A program made the translations under genes and the position numbers. This document shows, piece by piece, positions 36,166 through 50,937 of a stretch of DNA of 64,000 nt. The notes below the pieces were generated by a model that made no database searches, was not told the DNA's origin, and worked only from the letters and a program-made list of their open reading frames with translations. Each line of letters begins with the position of its first letter. Position 1 is the first letter of the stretch. This DNA comes from Catajapyx aquilonaris (lineage: Eukaryota), in assembly GCA_000934665.2 (NCBI GenBank), contig JYFJ02000839.1, positions 1 through 64,000 of the forward strand, in the 5' to 3' direction.

Positions 36166-39100
36166 ATGCGAAACAACACTAGCCAATATTCCAAGGTCGC
36201 TCTTTTTTAAAAACCCGTTATACTTGTGTGACGATCAATTTTGACCATGATTTTGACGTATGTGTTTCGACGTTAGTAGGCCTATCTAGTGCAAATTATA
36301 TGGATTGGTAACGTTGAATATTTGGTGAATAAAGCTTGGTATTATACCTACAAATTAGTTGTAGAATTTTAAAAACTGATTGAAAAATCGTGCATGACTG
36401 AGCCAATAATTTCCATGTTGTGCATCTTCGCATGTACATTATTACAGGCCTGGGCTCTGTAAAATACGGCTTCGGCTGGCATGAATGAGATCATGGACAG
36501 CTCCAGCTCATGGCTATGTAACTAGTAAAAGTGTGCAATAAAATAGCCTTTTGGAAAAAACAGTAAATGTCAAACTGCAGCTGTGCGATTTAAACCTCAC
36601 AAAATGCTGAATAGCCCACATGAGTGTACATCTTATAATTAGGCCAATTAGGTTTGACCACAACACTGATGGTTACCTGCAAAATGCTGTGAATTAGAAA
36701 TTTCTTGCAAAGTAAATATGTACGCAGAATAATATAACTGCGCTGAAACTATACATCGGATAATCACTGTCATTTCGTAATCTGCACGTAACTGGCTATA
36801 GTTGACTTCAGTGCTGTGGTGAGTTGGCTTCTCAGTATCCACATATACCGACATGGAAAACTTGCAGTATTATACCATTTCACACCCTGTCGATATCATA
36901 GTTCATACAGTATATATATATGCTTCTGTACGTTGTCAGAATTACAGTATCCGCATGCATGCGAAATTATGCCTACAGTCAACGATGAATAATTTTACAT
37001 ATTTGTGATTCATGCCTAGTAGAGGTATTTGCGTTCTTGGAATACAGAGCAACATTATGAAGTAATGATCATAACAGTATAACATATTAGGGGCGGTGGA
37101 GATATTGCGTCGTACGTTCAAATAATTCCAAGATTTGTGCGTTGAAACACTTCCGTAACGTAAGTCTACAAGTTACAGGCCCAGCATACTACCAGTTATA
37201 TCCTGAGGCATCCAATCAAAGTTTCCGACAGATCCTCTATATATTGTCCCGGATCTGGCAGCCTCTGCCCGACCATACCCAACGTGAAAGGGTATCTTCC
37301 TCATCTACTTTGATGAAAAGAACCATCCCAAATAATAGACCTATAACATGCCAGGATTCCCCAAAAAACACTTTGCACAATACTTCTGACGACCTAACCT
37401 ACTAAGATTTTTTCATAATAATATTATGCTTCATGAACAAAGCGTTGAGCCTGAGGCCCATTTGTTATTGCGATATATATTGGTTATACATCCGTGAAGT
37501 AGCTGAAAAAATAACGGGGGGGGGGNGGGGAATCGAAATAGGAGACGCACATGCAATACGGAAGTATTGTGTTACATGATGCTAACTGCTTATATTCTGA
37601 AAACAAATTTGCGAATGCAATTTACACTTGTCTCTATGATGAGTATAGAAAACATCTCGGTACTATCTACAGGTGTCTCCCAGTTACTTATATAAAACAG
37701 GAAAAACTGAAACAATTAATGACTTTTCATACACCTTGCAGATTTCCTTCTGTGTCATTATTAGTTGATTTCATTGAAGATGGCCTTGATCTCATCTCGC
37801 ATTTAGCAACTTGTGAAGCAGCCTGTACTGTACCCTGGAACCTGAAAGAACATTTCCTGTCTGGTGGAAGTGTTCTCTTGGCAACAAATAGAGCGTCAAC
37901 TATCGGGTTGGGCAGGTTATCTCCCTATCTTTGACGTCCACCACATGATGTTAAAAAGAATGAGAACAATCGGACATCGTCAGTATCTCCCCTGAGCGAT
38001 AATGATGGTCCATTGATGCACATTCTTTACGAACAACAAGAGAAAATGACTGGCAGTCAACAAAGGCGGTTCATCAGGCGCGATATGAGTATTGAAATTC
38101 TTTTGGTGTCGCTTGACTTTTCAGGAAATGCGGGAAATAGTGTACAATAATGCAGAAATGATGAGGATGATGTTTAGCATTCGGAGAATTTCACAAAAAT
38201 ATGCGGTATTATATGCGGTGGCTTTTCAAGAGAAGATTAATAGCTTATTACCGTTCAGTTCATTACAGTGGCACCAAAAGAGGAAATTTTATTATTACTT
38301 TCACTATATAGCTAATTATTATTCAATATTAATGATTCCTTTTTTCGACGTTTTTATCGTCATATAGGAAGACATACCTAATTAGCACCCTCAAAACAAT
38401 CATCATGGAGAATGACCTCTTTTCCTATACATTTATGACACGTTTTTTCCTTCGTAAACAATATTGAGGTAGGCCAAGAAATATAAGTACATAGTAGCAG
38501 GTGTGCCTAATTTATTCAACAATTAACCTTCTTCACATTGCATTATAGGGCCAACACGCGTGAACATAATTCCTTTAAGTGCATTATTATTACGCACAAG
38601 CAGCTTAGAAAATTATACGGTTGTTGGGATCTCACTGCTTAGATTATGTTTAGATTGCATTATCTTATATGTTAAACAATCGAACTGTAATGCGTGTACA
38701 AATGTAAGAGAAGACCCCTGAAAAACTCACGCAATGTTACTCAGTAAAAGATTTGGAAAGTGACAAGTTAACTGCGCTTGATTTCTGTACGGATTACATC
38801 GTTATATTTATTGATGTACTCATTGGGTTCACTTTGAGTTATGATTTCTAAATACTGTATCGACTAACCCAAATTTATGCTGAGGATTACACTATGCATA
38901 ACATGGAGTACTCAGCAAACCATATTCCGTCCCCAAGGGGCCATTACAGGACATTTTGCAGGTGTACTATGAAAACATCCCCATTATTTACTCTGCAGAT
39001 CGCTACAGATTGACACAACCAAATTATTCACGTAGTTGGTAGAACCAATATTGAAGCAAGGTCGCATGGGAATTTGTCAAGATTGATTCGTTAGAATTTC

Positions 39101-42100
39101 CAGATAATAGATGAGTTCAGAGCACAAAATGCAATGTACCGCAGATAAGTGGAAATCGAGACGTGCTGAGTCTAGGCCATTCATTCCCAGAAGGCTTCAG
39201 GGTGTCAAGAGATTGGAATGAACAAGCATAATGGCAAATAATGAGAGGAGGTTAAGGAAATGGCTTGAGGAGTTTTTTTTAAAAGTTTCATAACACCAGC
39301 AACATATCCCTATAGAAAAGGTACGCAGTGATCACAAAAATGGCTGAGAAACATTACATAACATAATTAAACGGGTAAAAAGTTGGATAATATAATAGCT
39401 ATATCCTTCAATTCCGACAGCACAAAAAGTAAACAGCTCAAGTTGGCCCTGTGACGGGGTAAATACTCATAAAATAAAAGATAAGGACAAAAAACTGCAA
39501 TGATAAGCTTATCAACAGAAAGATTAATCACATCGTGTTTGCAAGTCACGACTATATTTGGTGCATTGCGAACCCAATCTTTGAGATACGTCGCATAGTA
39601 ATAACAGAACTTTCAATTTCCCCACCAATATGAATACTGACAGATCTGGGCCATCTACTGAGCAAACTCCTGTCCTCAATCAATCAAAGATATTTACGTA
39701 CGGCACAGCAGGTTGCATGACAACATCAATTAACCTCGGATTTTACTCAGTATCAATTATCACGACCCATGTTAACTTGAGCAATGAAAATTCTGCTTCT
39801 AGAATTTAGTGTGAAAAAGACCCAGACAAAAATTGAACTACCTGTCGACAGGAACGGTGAGGTTCAACAATCTCCAGGATCCAACAGAGGCCGAACAAAA
39901 TGCACATGCAAATCAAATAGTAAGCCAGGGACACGGTACACCCACATTTTTTGGACAAAGCACGTGGAGTCCTACATAACTTGGGAGCAAGGGAGATCCC
40001 TAGTCAGCTGGAGCTTACATCACCTACTTTCACTAGAAGTTGGCTGGAAGAGTGGGACGCGATGTTCCATAAAAGCCAGGCCTGCACTTTAAGGAAGGGG
40101 GCGGAGGCACCCAATCACAAGTTGAAGAGAGAAAAAAAGTTGCCAACTTTTTCCACCGACAGGAGCGCTACGACTGACTGTTGCAACTCTCGCGCCTTTG
40201 CCAGCCGGGGGATTACAACGGAGATTAAAAAAAAAAATTAGTCAAGGTTACATGATGGAGCCGACGGAAGTTTAAACGGGGACTAACAAACACGGACGAT
40301 ATCCTCACGCAAAAGACAGTGTGCTGAGAGTGAAAGTTTGGGTCGCTACGCTGCCTCAAGGCTTCTTTTACACCATGGGCTTTTAGGGGGGGGGGGGGGG
40401 GGGGGGGNCGGTATCGCCCATTTTCACTGCTTCCTAGAGATGGCCTACTTGGCCACATTTGTTCGAGTGATGCTATCTTTGTCTTGGCGGGATTTTTGGT
40501 TGACGGTGGAATTGGGAGGCCGCGAGTTGTCAGCTTGTGATTATTCGATGGCTTAATCCTGTTAGTAACTCTGTGAGAACTACCGATACTCCTAGACCTA
40601 GAGAAATGGGTTAGAATTAAATTTTAGGTGCAAAATATTTGTTGACAGTGATACAATCTAGGAGTATACACCGTAAGGAGTCAGTTTTTGTAATTTTGGA
40701 ATAGTCTATAACAGCCCCTAACATATACTGTTATGAAACATTCCCCTAAATACTGAACGTTATGATACGTACATTCCCCTAAATACTGATCTGCCACTGT
40801 TCCGGTGAAGGTTCCTAATATTATCAGTGATGGCACTTTAATATTTTTGGCCTCCCCTGTAATATTAGCTGTACAGTTCTGTAGCTGTACAATAATTAGG
40901 CGTACTTATTCCAATATTCGGAAGAACTTAAGTGACAATGTACAAGGCGGAATTGGGAAACACTGGCGCTCCTGGACCTGGACACAATTAGAAATCTGAT
41001 GGGAGTAATGGACCATTCTAAAAGTGTACGGTGGAGCACTACCGGAGAACCTAATAAAAACACCTCGGAGCAGTCACCCGCAAGAAGTACCGGTATATTT
41101 CCTGGGTGACTACCCTCGGAGAAACCATACAGAAATATAAAATAGCCTATGTTTTAAGGGTCAATTAGACAAATGAACGATATGTTAGCATCTTTCTTGA
41201 CGGAAAAGCACGAGGTAGGAACTATAAGGAAGCCCCTAGAGTAATTGCCTGTCTTTGTCACATACTGCAAACAATAAGACGATAGAGAAAGTGGCCGAAT
41301 GAAGACAAGAAATTGAATTGTGGCATATCACGATGTGTCCCAAAACAAGTCATTAAATATTTGCAGAGTACCGTACATCGCAATACATATTAAATAAATT
41401 ACTAAGTATTAAACAGACTATTGCCCTACATGCAACCAAAGAGAGCAATTTTATGGCAATGAATTCTAATTTCTCTATTTGTACGGTACACGCGAGAACC
41501 AACTGCTCGCAATAAGGTCATGCATGTCCGTAAGTAGCACCACATGTGTGTGAGTAACACCAGCGAAAGGAGTGTAATGATCTTGCGTAATGCAAAATTA
41601 TTCTACAGCAATACAATATACATGTGGAACACAAGCACATTAAATGGGGTTTCGAACCATGTATGTAAGTCACTGCCAGACATGAATGTGACAGACAGTC
41701 TGAGTGAGTGGAAATAAAACGTCAGAAAATTTTTCAATTGCCATGTCGCAGATAAGAGAATTCCACAATAAATTACTGTACTGTAGGCCAAGTGTTAAAC
41801 AACCCACGATCATCTTAATTTTTTCAGGGGGGAATATATTAAATCTTGGCTGTTTTTGATATCATTTATGAAATGATAAGTGTCCGTTTTGGTGACAGAT
41901 TAATGATATATACGCAACTTCCTGATAGTACAGACTTTAAGAATAGGTCTATCATATTGATGTATAGCCTAATGTACTTTCATCATCAAGGGACAATCAT
42001 CGATGATCACCAGACGTCAGCCACTCCGGCTGCGCTTACCAATATAGGCATACAGAGAAGAGAGTGCTTAGGTACAGTACCGTGTGTAATCCAAGTCTTT

Positions 42101-43409
42101 GTTAAATGAAGTCCATACCTTGTATCAATTGCGGTATGCCATGTGTCATGAAAAAGGTAATTGGCTCCATGATTGCAAAAAGGTGCAAAATATGATGGCC
42201 TGCTGAAGTCAGCGGCAGGATTTTCTGCGTCGGGTCTGTTATGGAAAATACAATATAGGCCTACCAAGCTCAAAAGTGTCCGGTATTCCCGGCATCGATG
42301 CAGATCTGAGCTTATACTTTATCACGGTATAATGGACCAGTAAAGGCAGTCGACTACTATACTGTAGATTCTTGCTGGACCTACCCTATACTGTAAGATA
42401 GGGATATGTCCTTGGGACCTTGGGTTTCTCATTTTAGACCTGAGATGACCCCTGGTGCTACACATTTGCTCACTTATAGCCGCACCGCACTATCAAGGGC
42501 TGGATTAGAATAAATCATTACACCGAGAGCTGACTTCATGTCAATCATATTTACTCTCTTTTCTTGCAAATTGAGAAATCTTATATGAAAGATTGCATAA
42601 CATACCGGATGCAGCAATTGAAAGCCTTCCACCACTACAAAAAGGGTATGACTTTTACCGTCTGAAATATCCAAAGGCATGAAAAGGAATAGTTTGAACA
42701 TTTACACATTTTATGTGTGGCAACACAAGCACATGCCACCTTCTTGTATATAGGGGGATCACCTGACAGGTGGACCCGCGCACATTACAATAGTTGCTTC
42801 TAGGGAGCAGGATGTAAGTGTCATAGTCATTAGACTCATTACTGACGAGTATTGCGAGGTCTGCTCTTTCGCAGTAGTGAGTATTATTATCATGCTCATA
42901 TCCTGTTCCCTAGGCAACCACTGTAAGGTGAGCGGTTAAGGCGATCTCCCTCCAATTAGGTTGTCGCGTGTGTTGCAGCGCGTGTCTAGGGGCAGGCCAG
43001 TGCTAGAATGTCAAGTAGAAGAATTTCAGATAATAGCGATGTAAAATCGAAGAAATAAGTGCGGCACATGTTCGAGTGCCTTTGCCAGCAAAGGATGATT
43101 CAACTCGTGGAAGTAAACTGACATAATTTCTTACTCTGCCACAGATTCTCTGGCACAACTTATCCTTAGAACAGAGCCACTTTTGTCGTAACGACGCTTT
43201 TATTTTTTATTTTTTACTATTTTTATTTTTATTTATTCTACGACGCGATGGGACGTAAAGAATGAATGGCCAGACCCTTGTTTACATGCTTCCACTCAGT
43301 CTCCCTTACCTTGGCTCCTGTCCACCCATCCAAGTTTCACAACCTTCGCTTCCAGGATGTGAGGTTGTGGCCGATTTCCAGATTGGGGAGAATCAGGGAA
43401 TTTTCTCTA

Positions 43410-43844
43410 CAGGGTGTCATTGAATCGACCGGTCGGAGCTGTACCTGTGGCTTAATTGTCACCAGAGGATCATGTTATGTAGAGGAGTCATTATGTCTGG
43501 ACAGCCTCATTACTGAGATAATTGATCATTTGCGATGTAGCGATTGGGCCTAAGATTGATTGTCAAATAGCAGTGACAAGTGCGATTTCTCTTGAAAATA
43601 AACAGTGCGTGTCCGTGTGTGCCATGCGACATGCTACAGTAGTAGCCAAATGGAAAAGCTGCTATTTTGACCGGTGATGCGATTTCGGGGCTGAAGGTTT
43701 CCATACCTTGTACTTGTCGCTTTAAGGCAATTATCTCAGTAATGAGGCTGCCCAAACATACCAAGACTCCTCTACATGACACGATCCTCTGGTGACAATT
43801 AAGCCACGGGTACAGGTCTGACTGGTCGATTCAATGACACCCTG
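43410..43844. mobile_element. Tc1/mariner MITE with ~115-bp TIRs
   Basis: TA|CAGGGTGTCATTGAATCGACC...GGTCGATTCAATGACACCCTG|TA; partial second copy at ~50300-50937. Confidence 0.85.
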
Positions 43845-45666
43845 TATAGAACTATAGCTATGGAAACATTGTACATTTATTAGCGCCGCTGCAGAATACG
43901 CATTCCCTGTCACAAAAAAGGGATTTGAAATGTACTGTACTAGTTGGTCGGATTAAGAAGTAAAGGTAGTGAATCGAGGTTACCTGTAATCAATGAAAAA
44001 GTTGGGGAAAAATATTCTTCCTGCAAGTTTAATTGGGAGCTTGTGACGTTAACAAAGGAAGGAGCGGCGAATTTACAATATCGAACGTAAAGTACATTTT
44101 GTAACCAACTGTGCGCGCCAAAGGGACCTCCCAATTTCGAAGAAGGAACCATCAGGTAGCCATCGTAAATCACTGCATTCGTCCCAGTTCGGGATACGAT
44201 AACACTAGGAAGGAGAGGAGAAAGCTTCAGCCTTCGCCCGAGCGACCTTCTCAACACGTCTTGGGGCCTCCCCTAATTTATTAAAAGTTCCTTCTGTAAT
44301 ACATTTTCACAATCCGGCCAACTTGGTCAGTTATCAGGTAGTGTCTTTCCATTTTTAACAATAAATAATTCCACATTTCGATAACGTGTATAATATATTA
44401 TTTGCTTGCAAAACTGGAACCGGCTGTAATGTAGTTAAAAATGGCATGGGATATTACATTAGAGACACTCGAACAACTACCGTGATAGCCTGGTCTCAGT
44501 CCATGTGATTTTTGGTTCCTAAAATGTCTGAACTGATCCACGGAGCAGCATCACAATATCTGGCTGCTATGAAGCACCGTCAACAAAGTGAGCATAGCAT
44601 TCGCTGCATTCCACAGCTTCCCTGTGGGTGGAGGAAAGGTCATACACAACCTCGGTGACCACGCAGGCCCAATGAGACAAAGTCAACAAGTGACAATGAG
44701 AGCATTTTTGTATTGATATCCTCATATCACATTGTTTGGAAGATGGGAGGTTAATCCATTGTTTCCCATAACGTTGCCAATTGGCTTCATCTTTTTTTAT
44801 CATATCATTTGGGCAGATACAAAACGTGGTATATACAGTTCACCACTCTAATGTTGCAGGTGTTCTAATATGAAAAATAAGCGATATTATTCCCAATCCA
44901 CGCATAAGCGGTAGAGAATTATGTTGCACTGGCGTTTGACTGCGGTTCTGCAGATCCATATTCCACTGCTGGCAATCCTGGCATGATTATTGTTTTCAGC
45001 ATAGAGCTATAGAGATATACGCAGATGCTATTCCGATTCTTTCTCGTTCGACTATACCAGCGTTCCTTAACCGTTGTGCTGTTCTGCGGGCCTGTTCCAA
45101 GGGTTCCGCAACGGTATTTTCGGTAATGGCAAGATGTATTAGAAGGCTATATACGGTACTCTTATCAGAACTTGATTCGCATGTCATGTCTATAATACCT
45201 TTTCGGAGGATTTTTTTTCCTGAAAAATTTTCAACTTTTTATTCCTATATCTAGCAAGACTTTTCACAAACTTTTCATGTCTATTTTGGAAAAGGCACAA
45301 ACATAATCATTTCTATGGTACATAAATTATGATGCATGTCTTTTACACTTGACCTTTAACACTCCCAAAAGATAGTGGGACTTGGACCATTCCATGCCTT
45401 TTCGTCCGTAAAATGTGCCTGGGTTTCCAAGTGAAAACTGAGAAGGCATTGAAAACCACACATTTTCGTAGTGCACATTAATACGAAAATAAATAAGTTT
45501 TCAGGCTTTTTTTCTCCCTTCTGTAGTAGGCCCTATGTTGCAGATTATTATCGCTGGATTGGGGACTTCAACTACATGTAAATATACTTGTTGGCAATTG
45601 TCACAAGGTAAAGGGAAGTAGCGCAACAAAAAAGGAAATTCAGTAGTTTAGAATAATTAGTGGAAC

Positions 45667-46053
<387 letters not shown>

Positions 46054-46061
46054 CAATAATA

Positions 46062-46484
46062 AACCTTCTTCACAATCTCCTCCTCCTCCTTCATATATAT
46101 CCTTCATATATTCCTGAAGAAGGTTTATTTGGGTGGAGTAGTTGGTAAGAGGGGCAAGGGTAGGCCTAGGAAGACATGGTTGGACCAGGTGGGCCAGTGT
46201 CTTAAGGGTGTTGCTAGTGTTAAGCCGAGACGTTCTTGTGTCAATAGGACCATGGACGTGGCTGAGGCTAGGGTTGTTTGTTTGGATAGGTGTAAATGGC
46301 GTAGGTTAATTAATGGGTAAATAGGTAAATATGTCTGAGGATAAGGTGATGTCTGAGGTGGGACAGGGGTGGGGGGTGGGACAGGTTGTTTTAGGTTCTT
46401 TCTCATGTGTTTTATTAGTTCATATGTTGGGTTAGCTTGCATCTCCCTTCATCGCTGACTACCCCTCATAGGGAAATGTCGTGA

Positions 46485-46516
<32 letters not shown>
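46062..46516 (+). mobile_element. 5'-truncated RTE-clade LINE
   Basis: C-terminal peptide KKVYLGGVVGKRGKGRPRKTWLDQV...EARVVCLDRCKWRRLING*; 3' TACCCCTCATAGGGAAA then (TTG)n; 14-bp TSD TATTATCAATAATA. Confidence 0.85.
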
Positions 46517-46517
<1 letters not shown>

Positions 46518-46523
46518 ATTATC

Positions 46524-46584
<61 letters not shown>

Positions 46585-49500
46585 GTAGTAATTATAATAA
46601 GTGGATCATAATACGTGAATACCCATGACATTTTAATCCAGTGGTGACTGCATAGGAGTACACAGTCATATACTGTACATGAAAAGTGTAACTCGTACAA
46701 TGTATTTTATCACTTTCGAACGATTTACTATACAGGGCTTTCTATAGGCCCACTAACGTAACAACGTGTTTCAGCATATCTATAGACTTGCTAACTTCTA
46801 CAGTATACAGAACAAAATAAAGTTCTGCTCGAGCAGTTTCTTGTGCTCAACACACGGTGTCGGAGAGTTTAGGGGAACTTGGACTCGAATTTTCAAACGA
46901 GGCACAGATAGTATATGGGAACACTCCTCTGACATGCTGATGTAGCGTTTTAGACAACGTTTTAGATATTATAGCACATTAGCACTCATCCTATAGCCAG
47001 TATAGCGTATAAATTGAAACTTCAAATCCTAATGTATATAAGGTCAGTTCACTCACCTCGAACACTAGTGGACTCGGTTACGCAGTGGGCACAGAGCGAT
47101 GTCCGACTCAGTTATCGGTCGAGTGGTAGCAGACTGCGTTATTTCAGTTCAAATCCTGTACTTTCCACGTGACTCACAATTCCATATGCAACCTATTTCC
47201 ACATTCGTTTATTTTAAACAGGCAGAGATTTCTTGAAGGCCAGTGACGGCTTAGTGTGATAAGTTGATATCTATCAGCCAGTGGTTTTTATTCCCCTTTT
47301 CAATTTTTTTGTCAATTTTAACAGAAGGCTTTCAGGAAGAACCATCAAATACGGTACGATATTGCATAAGATTATAAAACGTTTTTAGTACTACATGGCT
47401 TACGTTAGTGCAATAAAAAATTCATAATCGTAATATAGTAAGAGCACAATTGGCACTTTACTTTGAGAGCCTTATGCAAGGTTTGCAAAGGCGCACACTT
47501 CCTCTCCGACTTGTATGTACATTGCGATATTCCAAGACGAAGATACCATACACTAGTTAATTTTTGTGATTCAGGCTTAATAACGCAGTTAGTTTCAATT
47601 TGCGTTTCGTCCCATACACGACCATCCTGTGGGTAATACCACCCATCAACCACCCTTCCCATAGAAGGGTCGTCTCACCCGCATGATGTCTTCTATGTTC
47701 TATCACACATAATTGTGCTATTACCCACATAATGGAGTCGACATCTATAATATTTATTATCATTCGACGCGATGGCAGAATTTTAGCAAGGGCGTAACTG
47801 AGTGAAAACTTTTCTCGATCCATTTATGATTATGAATGGAATTCGACACGAGTTACTAGAGAGACCATGACCTTCAATTTCCTATTTCCCATTATTTCTA
47901 TTGCAAATTTCTCAGGTAATTAAATGGGGATATACAGTTCATGCAGAGACGGCGCTGCGCCGTCGGAGTCGTGGGAATTCTTTCGTTTCTTCACTCTGCC
48001 CTGATGTGGAAATGAATATTATAGCATGTCAGTCCTTGGAGCACGCAAATCCGTACATGTACAAATATAACTCGTTGGAATTGACAAAAACCTGTTACAA
48101 AACAATAATTGTGCAACACTTTAAACTAAAAATTACATCACCCTGAAAACTAGATATTGTAAGGAGGTTACATGCTGTTTATTAATTTTTTCGAAAGACG
48201 AATGGGTACAAATTAGAGCTTTTAATGTTAATGTTCTGTAATGATAACACTTTTTGACGCGGCTTGGTGATCAGTTGTTCTGTCATTTCTTGATTTTATA
48301 AAGTAACTTACATGAAAAATTATTGTACGATGTAGTTTTTTTATAATGGGGTAGTTCAGCTTCTCCAAATGAATATTACTCTGCTCTACAGTACAATTAG
48401 GAGGAATAAGCTAATTCTTTACAGGCCTTAGAGTTATAGCACTGCATGGGCGTTCCTCTCAATTTTCTCAAAAGCATTCGATCTGCAGGAAATGCCTGTT
48501 GATTGAAACCTCTTCATTCGATATTTAGATATGAATAGTTCCGAGAGGTTAATTTTGACGGTGGATGGAGCTTCGCCAACGACTCTATTACATTATTAGG
48601 CATTTATTCAATATGCAATATGAAGACTGATTCTCAGAACGATGTGAGTCCCATCAATGAAATATTTCGAAATATGCCTGTTGTCATTTTTGAAAACTGC
48701 ATTATCCCGTGTGTGATTATACGTTTCAAAATGAGATTTATAGGGGAGTGGAAATATTCTATAGCCAAACAGACAGACTTGAATATAAGATACATTATTA
48801 TGATGAAGCAGACTCTATGAATCTATACAATGAAGTAACTTATATTAGGGATATACCTATATGTAATGAGGTACAGTACTCAGGTCCAACCAAATGCAGC
48901 TTTGATATAGTCCTCAAATCATGTCTTCATATTACATTATACAATCTACTGGTAGCTTGTCGCATCCTTGCACATAATGTGACACTACTGCATAGGTTTG
49001 TATGAGTATTATGTACTACATACAATGTGGATATGGATCAGCTAACGCAGTAGCTATAATCCGAGACCTTCTCTCGTATGTTTGAAACAATAAGACCAGC
49101 ATATAAGCCAGAACTGAAACATTGGAATGCAGTTAATGCCCAGTACTTGTTACACATAGTATGAACCTTCATTTTCTCGTTGTTCTCGGCTGTTAGCCAG
49201 ATCAACAACCGGCTAGAACGAAGATGCAAGATATATCACGGCGTAAACAAGACTCCGCAAAGGTTATGGATAAAAGTCGTGAAAGTTGGCCAGTGTCCTA
49301 TATTCCCTTCACTCTTGAAACCAAACCGACTGGTTTAAGCACATATATGTTGAAGGTTACCTGTCTCACGGACAAGGACCAAGAACTGTGGTCAAATTGC
49401 TGACTTATTGCATGCAATAAAAAGGCTAGTCGACTAGATCATATTTGCGTGACTGTCTGCCAATGAAAGGTAATAGGTCAAGGACTGGACAATATTCGAC

Positions 49501-50299
49501 GAGAATGTACAGAAGATCGTGAAACCGGATCGTTTTAATTATTATTGGCAAATTACCAGCCAGAGTACAGGATACCTGCGATGCGGAGCTTAGATAATAA
49601 TTACAACAATATCCTGTTTTAGACATTTTGAATATATTATTGCCGTAAGTACGTACCAGTTGTAATACACGATACCGTTAGGTTATACTGCAGTTTACGT
49701 GAAAGAGTGAAGGTGACAGTAATTTTTGCGTATATCTTACCTGCAAATTATTAGCTACTTTCAGCTAATCTTATACATATACACATCAATTGATGTTATA
49801 CCTTGTAATGGACAAACATTACATCATACATGCTGGTAATATTGCGATACATGATTTAGAATAATGACCCCTCATACAGGAAGGATAATGAATCATTGTA
49901 CTTGGTAGAAGGTAAATATACTCGTATATTATTTTCATATCGGCATTGTTCACATTACAGATAACTTCTGCAAATAATCAGATAAAGTCAGGCCTGAGTA
50001 TAAATAATTAATATTGTATATATAGGCAAATGAACTAGTATACTGTATGTACTGTACATCGAATACATATTCCCTTTGATGTACAGTATACCAGGGTGTT
50101 CTAGGTTCGTTGGTCCTTTTAGTTACAGGAAATTTCGCTCAAAGCTGTTATTTTTTCCGCTTGTTGTGCCCCTAATAAGTTGCCCTATTCTATAGTCACT
50201 GCTACATTCGCCCACCTGATAGTGCTGACGCACCTGGATCGGGGCACAACCAGCTACACAAAAATAACTACCTCTGGCGATATCAGTGATAACTAAAAA

Positions 50300-50937
50300 C
50301 GACCTGAGTGATTGCCAAATAGCAGTGACAAGTGCGTGCCAGTGAGGGGAGACGGAGTGGCGCCGCGGTAACGCGCGCGCCCACGGATGTTAAGGTCCCG
50401 GGCTCGATCCCAGCCCGGGGACACCCCCTTCATCTCGTGCAGAGGTCGGTCACCTCTGGCTTCGTCTCGGGTGGTATTTCCTACAGACTAAACCACCCGG
50501 GGGAGCTCACTAAAAATGGCCACACGTCAGATGCACTGCACTTGCACATCCCCTCCTGTCATCCTGCCCGTGGGCCCGGGCGATACGTATAAAGGCTCCA
50601 ATGTATACAACAAATAAAGGTCCATGCGATAAACCCTGATAGGGTGAAAGCATTACCCAACCCATGAAAAAAAAAAGTGCGTGTCAGTGTGTGTTCTGGT
50701 GTGTGCCATGCGACATGCTAGTAGCCAAATGGAAAAGCTGCTATTATTTGACCGGTGATGCGATTTCGAGGCTGAAGGTTTCCATACCTCCCAGGATACT
50801 TTGTACTTGACGTGTGAAGGCAATTATCTCAGTAATGAGGCTGCCTAGACATAATGACTCCTCTATACATAACATGATCCTCTGGTGACAATTAAGCCAC
50901 GGGTACAGGTCTGGCTGGTCGATTCAATTACACCCTG
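50300..50937. mobile_element. Partial copy of the 43410-43844 MITE, interrupted by a SINE
   Basis: Shares the internal region and right TIR. Confidence 0.75.
50346..50674 (+). mobile_element. tRNA-derived SINE, family A, full length
   Basis: Poly-A tail; 15-bp TSD AAGTGCGTG(C/T)CAGTG at 50330-50344 and 50675-50689. Confidence 0.9.

Noticed and set aside
37551..38367. Host coding exons
   Set aside because: No recognisable product and no consistent splice chain.
40090..40560. THAP/Kolobok-like element
   Set aside because: Only one TTAA-RR end is apparent, the peptide match is weak, and a poly-G run with an N makes the sequence unreliable.
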